64,000 nt of DNA from an uncultured Acidobacteriota bacterium (GTDB taxonomy: Bacteria; Acidobacteriota; Blastocatellia; Pyrinomonadales; Pyrinomonadaceae): the NCBI GenBank assembly GCA_963848875.1, contig CAWKFJ010000005.1, forward strand, positions 2,192,305 to 2,256,304, in the 5' to 3' direction. The position numbers were made by a program, and so were the translations under genes. Below are positions 54,401 to 61,455 of this stretch, in pieces; the first letter of the stretch is position 1, and every line of letters begins with the position of its first letter. The notes beneath the pieces were generated by a model, which saw only the letters and a list, made by a program, of their open reading frames with translations, made no database searches and was not told the DNA's origin.

Positions 54401-57400
54401 CTTCATCACCACGCCGGTGTCGTAGTTGTACTGCGTGGTCGTGGCGAAGTCGTCGTCATTCGCCTGCTCGGCTGTCGTCAGCGGGGGCGTGACTTTGGTC
54501 GGGTAGGCGCGCGTGGTGACGCCGACGGTTGTGGAGAAAGAGTCGGCGAAGTCAACATTAGTCGTGTGGCCGAGCGGGTCCCTGGACAGGACGACGGACC
54601 CGGCGCTGTCGTAGCCGATATTGGACTCGACCAGCTTGGCGCTGTTGGCGGAGTCGCTAGCATCCCAGCGCCTGACGCTCGTCAGGTTGCCGCGGCCGCC
54701 GTAGGTCGTCTGCCCGTCGAAGGCCGTGTCGTGGTTCGTGAGCGCCACCCCCGCATCCTTGAACCACCCGGCCTCGTCGTACTGGTAGTCCACCTTCGAG
54801 ACGATCTTGGCCGGGTCGGTTGTCACGTCGCTGTAGACGAACCTGGAGAGGACGAGCCCGATGATGCGGGCGTTCCTGTAGGGGGTCGTGAGGTTGTAGG
54901 TAGCGTGCGTGCGCCGCTTGGGAGTCTCGGTCGTCCCCACGACCTCGTACTCGTCCACGTCCGTCACCAGGCTGAAGGCGCTCACCCCCGTGTAAGTGTA
55001 CTTTTCGCGCCGCCCGTTGCCCGCCGAGTCAAAGACGGTGTGCATCGTGGGGCGCGGGTTCTTCTGGTAAGTAAGAGTCGTCGAGTCCTGCGTCCACTCG
55101 GTCTCTGTCCACTTCACCTTCACCTTGGTGTTGTCTGAGTCGAGCGGGTTGGGGTCGTCCCACACTTCCGTCGCGGTCGTCAGCCCTTTCATCCAGGTGG
55201 CGGACGTGTCGAAGAACTCTTTGTAGATCGTGCCGTCGGGGGTGGTGACATGGCTCCACGCAGGCTGCTCGCCGCCCGCGCTGTTCGGGTCCACGCTGTA
55301 GGTGGTGACGGCCTCCTCGGCCGCCGTGGGCGTGCCGTCCGTGTCCCCGTTCCAGTTCTGCGCCCACTCGCGGTGCTCGGTAAAACGCGGGCAGTCGGTC
55401 TGCGGGGCCGAGGCCGTGAGCGGCAGGTTGTAGGAGATGTAGGAGAGCAGATGATTGTCCTGCGCGTGGCGGCGGATCTTCCAGACCTGGCCCCAGGAGG
55501 TGTAGTCGAAGTTGTAGCGCGTCCCGTCGCCGAGGCCGATCTGCGTCAGGACGGGGATCGAGCCCTGCGGCCCCAGGTAGCTCAGGCCAGACCACCATGT
55601 GTTGATCGCCAGGTTGCCGTAGCCGAACGTGGCCCAGGTGTAGACTGTCCCGCCCCGGTTCTGTGTGATGGAGCTGAGCCGTCCGTCCACTGGGTCGTAG
55701 TTGAAGTTGACGGTGCGCGCGAGCGCGTCAACCATCTGGCTGACTTTCCCGTTCGCGTAGTTGATGGAGATGTAGTTGCCGTTGCGGTCCTGCACCCGCG
55801 TGCAGTTCAGCCCGTAGCCCCCGACCGTGAAGCCGAACTGGTACTGCGTGCCGTCCGGGGTCCTGACGACGTGGGTCGTTGCCGCACTATAAGTCACGAC
55901 CAACTGGACGTAGGAACCGTCCTGCGACTCGTAGGTGGCGCCCGTGGCGGTCGCGCTGATCTTCTTGAGGTCAACGCGCCGCCCCGAAGGCAGCACGAGC
56001 AGGTAGGAGCCGATGGCGTCGTCCTCGTTGACGTACTCGGCCTCCAAGGTGGGCAGGCCGAGGCGGAAGCCGGGTGTGGGGTTCCCGCGGTCGGCGTTGA
56101 ACATCATGGCTGTGCCCTGCTTCGTCCAGACCAGCGAGTTGTAAGAGATGCCGATGTTGAGGTCCATGCCGGCGCGACCCGGAAGGCTGACCAATGTCAG
56201 GCCCCAGCCGAAGTTGCGCGAGCCCAGGTCAACGCCACGCTCGCCCGTCTCGTTCTGCGGACGGGTGCGAGCCGTGGCGAAGTAGGGGTCGGAGCCGGAG
56301 GCCGGGGGCGGGTCGCCCTCGTTCGGGTCACAATCCGGGCAGAGGTCGGCGCGGATGGCCGCTGGGGCCACAGGGTCCGTAGACTCTATGTTACGCGCCG
56401 CATCTAAGTCGGGCAGGTTAGGGCCTGGGGTGCCCTCAGACGTGCCGGAAGTCCCGCCGCCCGGCGTCGGCGTCGGCGTCGGTGTCGGCTCAGGCTCAGG
56501 GTCAAGCATAGCTGCCAGTGCGCCCGCCGCATTGACCACACCGCCCGCAGCAATCTTGCCGTTGAGTTCCGCCACAGGGCGCGCGCCGGCCACGACCGCG
56601 GCCCGCGTCCCGGAGGCAGAAAGCCACCACCGCTGTGTCTTAATCAGTCCCACCACGCCCGTCACCATCGGCGTCGAAGCAGAGGTGCCGCTGACGGTCG
56701 TGTAGCCGCCGCCCATCGTCGTCGTCAGAATGTCCACGCCCGGCGCGGCGACGGTGACGTGCGTCGCGCCGTAGTTCGACCACGAGGCGAGATGGTCGGA
56801 GCTGTCGGTCGCGGCGACGGAGAGCTGATTGGAGAGACCGAAGGAAGAGGGGTAATAGGGAGTAGCATCTATGTCCCTCCCGCTGTTGCCGGCAGAAGAG
56901 ACGACCACCACGCCCCTCGTCCCCGCGCGCTGGATGGCGTCCTTCAACGCCAGAGAGTCCTCGTCCGTGCCCCAGGAGCAGTTAATGACCTGCGCGCCGT
57001 GATCCACGGCGTAGTCGATGGCCTCGACGGCGTCCGCCACGCTCCCCGTCCCTGTGTTGTCGAGCACCCGCAGACTCATCAAAGCTGCCCGCCACATCAC
57101 GCCGGTTGTCCCGACTCCGTTGTTGCCCTGCGCGGCGATGATGCCGGCGACGATGGTCCCGTGCCCCTGCTCGTCAATGATATTCCCGCCGCCGGTTATC
57201 CAGTCCCAGCCATGCAAGTCATCTACAAGGCCGTTGTTGTCGTTGTCGCCGCCGTCAGCATTTTCCGCCGCGTTCGTCCACTGGTTGTTCTGTAGGTCCG
57301 GGTGCGTGAAATCGACGCCGCTGTCGATGACGGCGACGACGGTCGTCGGCGCTCCGGTGGTGGTCTCCCAGGCTTGTGCGACGCTTATGTCAGAGTTAGA

Positions 57401-57886
57401 GAGCCCCCCGCTCTGCCCGATGTTTCGGAGAGCCCACTGCTCCGAAAATTGTGGATCATTGGGGAGAAGCTCGTCGCGTGAGATCAGATAGTTCGGCTCG
57501 GCCAATTCGACGGCGGGGAGAGAGCGAAGCTGTGCCGCTAGTGCTTCCGGCTCTTGTCCGGCCGACAGTTCCCACTTTTCGATGCGTGAACGGCCCCGTA
57601 GAGTTTTCTTGCGGCGCGCCCCTCTCGCGCCGCGAATCGCGTTCTTGTCGCGTTCGGAGACGCCTTCCCGGAACCGAAGGATAAGTTCACCCGCGCGGCT
57701 GCGGCGGCGGCTGCTGCTCTGTGCAATTTTCTTCATAGGCACATGAGCCAGAGGTCTCTTCTCAGAATCAGGAGCGGCTTCCTCCTTGCCGAGTGCTGCG
57801 GGGGCGCACAGGGAGATGATCAGCGCGTAAGAGAGGAAGCAACAAAGAACATTGCCAAGCCGAGCGTGAGGACGAGTGGCGAACAT
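51473..57886 (-). CDS. Secreted subtilisin (S8) - RHS/YD-repeat polymorphic toxin
   Basis: 2137 aa. It has a signal peptide and an I9-like propeptide. The S8 triad is VAVIDSGVDFTHPDL, GHGTIVAGIIAA and SGTSASTPMVTG. A PEPEPTPTPTPTP linker follows, then many YD repeats (YTYDALDHL, FSYDGHGRL, YTYDSAGNR). The RHS core end motif is PVNFIDPSGLM. Confidence 0.9.
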   Translation of the reverse strand: MFATRPHARLGNVLCCFLSYALIISLCAPAALGKEEAAPDSEKRPLAHVPMKKIAQSSSRRRSRAGELILRFREGVSERDKNAIRGARGARRKKTLRGRSRIEKWELSAGQEPEALAAQLRSLPAVELAEPNYLISRDELLPNDPQFSEQWALRNIGQSGGLSNSDISVAQAWETTTGAPTTVVAVIDSGVDFTHPDLQNNQWTNAAENADGGDNDNNGLVDDLHGWDWITGGGNIIDEQGHGTIVAGIIAAQGNNGVGTTGVMWRAALMSLRVLDNTGTGSVADAVEAIDYAVDHGAQVINCSWGTDEDSLALKDAIQRAGTRGVVVVSSAGNSGRDIDATPYYPSSFGLSNQLSVAATDSSDHLASWSNYGATHVTVAAPGVDILTTTMGGGYTTVSGTSASTPMVTGVVGLIKTQRWWLSASGTRAAVVAGARPVAELNGKIAAGGVVNAAGALAAMLDPEPEPTPTPTPTPGGGTSGTSEGTPGPNLPDLDAARNIESTDPVAPAAIRADLCPDCDPNEGDPPPASGSDPYFATARTRPQNETGERGVDLGSRNFGWGLTLVSLPGRAGMDLNIGISYNSLVWTKQGTAMMFNADRGNPTPGFRLGLPTLEAEYVNEDDAIGSYLLVLPSGRRVDLKKISATATGATYESQDGSYVQLVVTYSAATTHVVRTPDGTQYQFGFTVGGYGLNCTRVQDRNGNYISINYANGKVSQMVDALARTVNFNYDPVDGRLSSITQNRGGTVYTWATFGYGNLAINTWWSGLSYLGPQGSIPVLTQIGLGDGTRYNFDYTSWGQVWKIRRHAQDNHLLSYISYNLPLTASAPQTDCPRFTEHREWAQNWNGDTDGTPTAAEEAVTTYSVDPNSAGGEQPAWSHVTTPDGTIYKEFFDTSATWMKGLTTATEVWDDPNPLDSDNTKVKVKWTETEWTQDSTTLTYQKNPRPTMHTVFDSAGNGRREKYTYTGVSAFSLVTDVDEYEVVGTTETPKRRTHATYNLTTPYRNARIIGLVLSRFVYSDVTTDPAKIVSKVDYQYDEAGWFKDAGVALTNHDTAFDGQTTYGGRGNLTSVRRWDASDSANSAKLVESNIGYDSAGSVVLSRDPLGHTTNVDFADSFSTTVGVTTRAYPTKVTPPLTTAEQANDDDFATTTQYNYDTGVVMKTTRPVNNTGGTTGDLVTFADVNYLYDTASRLVRATNAANGAYTRWVYPTSNTLVQQYQTVHSTAEVYTTELLDGAGRVRGASAEHPGSAGLYSGQYVVYDAMGRAVKRSNQTEMTSAWAAAGDDAAAGWKYTLQSYDWQGRPLVTTHVDGTTRTNSYGGCGCAGGEQLTSTDERGRKKVFKKDSLGRLKTVEEYTFGGAVYSTTAYTYDALDHLVGVNQAGQMRTFSYDGHGRLLTRTTPEQGASTYAYNKDDTVQKVTDARGATITFAYNYRRQPTSVTYGVPANVVGLEATPNVTYTYDSAGNRTAMTDGQGTANYHYNSVSQMDWESRTFTGLTGDYKLAYLYNKSGGVTRVTASGPVASFGSSVQVTYVRDKTGKPTSVTGSGYAGVTSYVTGITYRAFGAPKQINYSTGNSLALEYDADLRLTKWDVAGAAFGWDYKYSTPGLQEKTGKVAFADNLYDATLDRSYEYDHVGRLIKAHTGTEANAHAGNGASWGTLDGPYSATYTYDKFGNMTDRDGWGVPGAQYVTHPPYGANNRPAVNPATGSAMSYDAAGNLLSDGAITYTYDATGQQITAGGTDLAQAYDGDGLRVKKTEDGLTTTFYLRSSVLGGKVVAEIGGSSPYAGEMTRGYVYLGEQLLAVQEGREDASKPDRVLWVHQDPVTKSQRLTDSTGAVVSTVDLDPWGGETGRSEFQSQQPRRYTTYERDSDGGDDAMFRRYESKASRFAQPDPYDGSYVLSDPQSFNRYSYTQNDPVNFIDPSGLMKQICGLWGFPGAEPADPLTYRYVCFGASIPFYGYDNEKPREGGGTAPPKQEDYEECRSKALHALGAELQGKANDFPTTGDKVEDALVQAAAGYATGGIAGAVVGAAVSIYTSTKAEERLERGPVNTFYKAAAECDKIRERERRANAGAKAGAVSARPPNIIVQTRQFGTFSLHRYRVLHGYTLFGERVFEWRGPNPMDPIQSEVEGRR
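51476..52099 (-). other. Variable C-terminal toxin domain (208 aa) after the DPSGLM RHS core boundary
   Basis: Begins right after ...NFIDPSGLM. It contains the glycine-zipper-like hydrophobic stretch AAGYATGGIAGAVVGAAVSIY. It is visibly more AT-rich than the RHS shell. Confidence 0.7.
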
Positions 57887-57997
57887 AGCGGCATAACTCC
57901 TGTGGGAGAAGTTGAGTTCACGCCGCCCTCTACGCTAGAATGTACGTTGCCGAGGCGGTGCATTCTCTGCGCGCAAGTGCGGAGGCTGTATTGCTTC

Positions 57998-58037
57998 AAA
58001 AGCCCTGCGGTCACGTGCCAGTGACCGCAGGGCTTTT
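57998..58037. terminator. Canonical bidirectional intrinsic-terminator hairpin with no gene to terminate
   Basis: AAAAGCCCTGCGGTCAC / GTGACCGCAGGGCTTTT form a perfect 17-bp stem with a 6-nt loop. It lies 112 nt upstream of the RHS ATG, in a divergent intergenic region. Confidence 0.5.
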
Positions 58038-58337
58038 CAGTTCGTCAAGACAGACCAGGAAGCGAACGAAGCTTCCCCGGCCGCCCGTGCATACCTGTAA
58101 CAGCAAAGCGCCAGCTAGGCTTTTTCGTTACGAGGAATATGGCAGCGAGAGTGGGGTGCTGCATCTATTGTCCTGCTTGAGTGAGTTTTCTAACGCGAGG
58201 CTGAGAATAATAAATCCATAAGGCTATAGGCGGTTAGAGGGTAATCCCGAAAGAGGCTGCTGTCAATAATAAATTTCATTGATGTTGGGAGACGGAACAA
58301 AGATGGTATCTCCCTGCCGAGGCCCAGGCGCGGCCCC

Positions 58338-58366
58338 TTGACATCGGACCGGGCGACAAATAAATT
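58338..58366 (+). promoter_or_regulatory. Sigma-70-like promoter candidate for the 373-aa gene
   Basis: TTGACA (58338-58343), a 17-nt spacer, then TAAATT (58361-58366). It lies about 90 nt upstream of ATG 58457. Confidence 0.35.
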
Positions 58367-58456
58367 CATCTGGCAGACGAACTCTCCTCATCACTCGCGC
58401 GTCGTCGGGTTGGGACTGAGACGACCAGGGCTTCTCTTAAGACGAAAGGGACACCT

Positions 58457-59578
58457 ATGCTTCGTAAGCCGTTTGCCGTTGCCGCGCTCCTTATTTTCCT
58501 GGCGTTGCCAGCCGCGGCCCAGGAGTCATGCTTCACGCAGGAGGCGCGTGCGGTCGCCGAGCGGACGGCGAAGGTCTGGCAGGAGCCGGACCCGGACTAC
58601 GATCCTGTCCTCGGCTACAGCACCAGCAAAGGTCCGCGCAAAGGCGCGCCCGAGGTGAACGAAAGTGGGCTAGGCAAGCCCCTCAGGTGCATGGCGAACA
58701 AAGACCCAGACAAGGGCGCTGGCACCACACCGAAATTCCACTGCTCTGTCTCGGGCGTCATGGACGACGACGGCGAGCTGATCCGTTACAAGGTGAAGCC
58801 ACACTTCAAGGGGCAGTCGCGCGATAAGAGGAACGGCGAGATTTACGGCGAGTTCCTCTCGTCGCGCTTCTCGAAGGCGCTCGGCTTCTTCGCGGACGAC
58901 GAGTGGGTCGCGGACGTGACCTGCCCGGACTGCGAGAAGAGTCTGACGAGCGGCTTCCAGGGCGCGCCGTTCTCGCCCTTCCAGCCGGCCGCGGGCATAG
59001 AGCTTCCGCTCGGCAAGGGCATCGACGTGAAGTGCAGCAACAAGGATGGCGCTTCCATCTCCGATGCGCTCTCTGGTCTCTCGCAGGGCGGCGCGCGCCG
59101 CGCCGAGATTGACGCCTTCAAGCTGTGGCTCGCCTTCATAGACCACGGCGACACCAAGACGGACAACCAGAAGTTCTCCTGCCTGGACTCGCAGAAGCTT
59201 CCCGGCGGCACGCGCATCTGCAAGGAGGGCCAGGCCGTCTTCTACGTCAGCGACATGGGCTCGACCTTCGGCTACTCCAGCTCCAGCGAGAGTAAAGCGC
59301 GGCTCGAAAGGTGGAGGGGCAAAGACCCGATCAAGGTGAGCGGCGGCCGCTGCACGACGACGGCCAAGAGCGTCGGTGACACGGGCATCAGCGAGGAGGG
59401 CCGCCAGCTCCTCGCCACAGGGCTTCAGCGGCTCCTCGACGCGGAGAAGAGCAACAGCCTCATCACGCGCGTCTTCCGCGCCTCGCGCAACCAGGAGCGC
59501 GACGAGCCGGCCGAAGCCTGGGCCGCCGAGTTCGTCCGCAAGGCCCGCACGATCATAGACGCACGCTGCTCGAACTAA
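58457..59578 (+). CDS. Secreted hypothetical protein with protein-kinase-like catalytic motifs
   Basis: 373 aa with a signal peptide (AVAALLIFLALPAAAQE). LIRYKVKP (beta3 Lys-like), NGEIYGEFLSSRFSKALGF (alphaC Glu-like), FIDHGDTKTDNQ (HxDxxxxN catalytic loop) and VSDMGSTFG (DFG-like) occur in kinase-like order and spacing. Confidence 0.6.
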   Translation: MLRKPFAVAALLIFLALPAAAQESCFTQEARAVAERTAKVWQEPDPDYDPVLGYSTSKGPRKGAPEVNESGLGKPLRCMANKDPDKGAGTTPKFHCSVSGVMDDDGELIRYKVKPHFKGQSRDKRNGEIYGEFLSSRFSKALGFFADDEWVADVTCPDCEKSLTSGFQGAPFSPFQPAAGIELPLGKGIDVKCSNKDGASISDALSGLSQGGARRAEIDAFKLWLAFIDHGDTKTDNQKFSCLDSQKLPGGTRICKEGQAVFYVSDMGSTFGYSSSSESKARLERWRGKDPIKVSGGRCTTTAKSVGDTGISEEGRQLLATGLQRLLDAEKSNSLITRVFRASRNQERDEPAEAWAAEFVRKARTIIDARCSN

Positions 59579-59601
59579 GGACCTGGCCTTCACGCCACGG
59601 C

Positions 59602-59646
59602 AAGACCACGCGGGCCGCACAGGGACCGCGTGGTCTTCTCATTTTC
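59602..59646 (+). terminator. Rho-independent terminator
   Basis: AAGACCACGCGG / CCGCGTGGTCTT form a 12-bp stem, followed by CTCATTTTC. It begins 24 nt after the stop at 59578. Confidence 0.7.
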
Positions 59647-59657
59647 AGACTCGCGTA

Positions 59658-59686
59658 TTGACAAGCGATGGCCCTGGGTTTATAAG
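59658..59686 (+). promoter_or_regulatory. Sigma-70-like promoter candidate for the TIR operon
   Basis: TTGACA (59658-59663), a 17-nt spacer, then TATAAG (59681-59686). It lies about 200 nt upstream of ATG 59890. Confidence 0.5.
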
Positions 59687-59889
59687 CCGTGTTGCTCCCT
59701 GAGCTTGCTTGGGCCGGCTGCCCGTCGAAAGGCGCCTAGCACTTTTCCAGTAGGCCGCCCTGGCCCATTGGCCTCTCGCGATCATATCTTCCAATCCTGC
59801 TGATTGGGCCGGCTCCTTCTAGCGAGTAACTGCTTGACCTCAAAACCTTCTCGCCGGGGATCGGTTTGCCAACCTAACGAGGTGAGTAT

Positions 59890-61455
59890 ATGGAGACTTC
59901 CACTCCATCGGCCGACGGGGAATCCGGCGGGGCGCGCATCTTTATCAGCTACAAGCGTAACTCTGACCCGGACGAGGCCGTGGCTCGCCAGGTCTTCGAG
60001 GCCCTGCGCTCGCGACACGAGGTCTTCATCGATCAGGTGATGCCCGTGGGCACGGTCTGGGCCGAGCGGATCGAGCAGGAGATTCGCCGCGCCGATTTCT
60101 TCATCGCCTTCCTCTCGGCCCAGTCCGTCCACAGCGAGATGGTCAAAGGCGAGATCGAGAAGGCGCACGAAGTAGCCAAAGAGCAGCAGGGCCGCCCCGC
60201 CCTGCTCCCCGTCCGCCTGGCCTACCGCGAGCCGCTCCCTTACTCGCTGGGGCCGTACCTCAACCACATCAACTGGGCGTCTTGGGACACACAGGCCGAC
60301 ACGCCGCCGCTCATCGAAAACATCATGCGGGCCATCTCAGGCGGGGAACTGGAGCGGAGCGAGGGCGTCGCGGGTGGCGACCAGCCGCCGTCGCCGGCCG
60401 AGGGCGGCGCGAAACTGGCACAGCCGCTGCCCGCCGCGCAGCCCGTGACACTTGAGCTGCCGGAAGGGACGATGGACACGGAGTCGCGTTTCTACGTCGA
60501 GCGCCCGTTCGACGCCGCCGCCCTGGAGACCATCAGGCGCAAGGGCGTGACCATCACCATCAAGGGGCCGCGCCAGATGGGGAAGAGTTCCTTGCTCATC
60601 CGCACTATGCAGGCGGCGGTCGAGGAGGGCAAGCGCGTCGCCTTCCTGGACTTCCAACTCTTCGACAAGGCCGCCCTCAAGGACGCCAACCTCTTCTTCC
60701 GCCAGTTTTGCGTGTGGCTGACGGACGCGCTCGGGATGGAGGACCGCGTCGCGGACTACTGGAAGGAGGGGCTCGGCAACAGCCAGCGTTGCACGCGCTA
60801 CGTCAGCCTTTACATCTTGAAGGAGCTGGACGGCCCGCTGGCCCTGGCGATGGACGAGGTGGACGGCATCTTCGAGGCGGACTTCCGCTCGGACTTCTTC
60901 GGGATGCTGCGAAACTGGCACAACAGCCGCGCCTTCACGCCGCTCTGGAAGCGGCTCGACCTGGCGATTGTCACCTCCACGGAGCCTTACCAGCTTATCG
61001 AAAACCTCAACCAGTCGCCCTTCAACGTCGGCGAGATCATAGACCTGACGGACTTCACGGCCGAACAGGTCTCGGACCTCAACCGCCGCCACGGCTCGCC
61101 GCTCACGCCCGCGGACGAGCAGCAGTTGATGGCCCTGCTCAACGGCCACCCGTATCTCGTGCGCCGCGCGCTGTACCTGATCGCCAGCGGCCGCCTCAGT
61201 TTCACGGAACTGCTCGAACGCGCCACGGACGACCGCGGCCCGTTCGGCGACCACTTGCGTTACCATCTCTTCCGGTTGCACAACAAGACGGAGCTTATAG
61301 AGGCCCTGCGCCAGATCATCCGCCACCAGCGCTGCCAGGACGACCTCATCTTCTTCCGCCTGCGGGGCGCGGGCCTAGTGCGCCGCGAGGGCAAGGTCGA
61401 GTTGATGCGCTGCGCGCTTTACGAAGGCTACTTCAAGGAGCACCTACATGTCTGA
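59890..61455 (+). CDS. TIR domain - P-loop 'AAA-like domain' ATPase
   Basis: 521 aa. The N-terminal TIR has ARIFISYKRNSD..., DFFIAFLSAQSVHSEMVKGEIE (candidate catalytic Glu). It is followed by FYVERPFD...ITIKGPRQMGKSSLLIRT (Walker A) and LALAMDEVD (Walker B). Confidence 0.85.
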   Translation: METSTPSADGESGGARIFISYKRNSDPDEAVARQVFEALRSRHEVFIDQVMPVGTVWAERIEQEIRRADFFIAFLSAQSVHSEMVKGEIEKAHEVAKEQQGRPALLPVRLAYREPLPYSLGPYLNHINWASWDTQADTPPLIENIMRAISGGELERSEGVAGGDQPPSPAEGGAKLAQPLPAAQPVTLELPEGTMDTESRFYVERPFDAAALETIRRKGVTITIKGPRQMGKSSLLIRTMQAAVEEGKRVAFLDFQLFDKAALKDANLFFRQFCVWLTDALGMEDRVADYWKEGLGNSQRCTRYVSLYILKELDGPLALAMDEVDGIFEADFRSDFFGMLRNWHNSRAFTPLWKRLDLAIVTSTEPYQLIENLNQSPFNVGEIIDLTDFTAEQVSDLNRRHGSPLTPADEQQLMALLNGHPYLVRRALYLIASGRLSFTELLERATDDRGPFGDHLRYHLFRLHNKTELIEALRQIIRHQRCQDDLIFFRLRGAGLVRREGKVELMRCALYEGYFKEHLHV

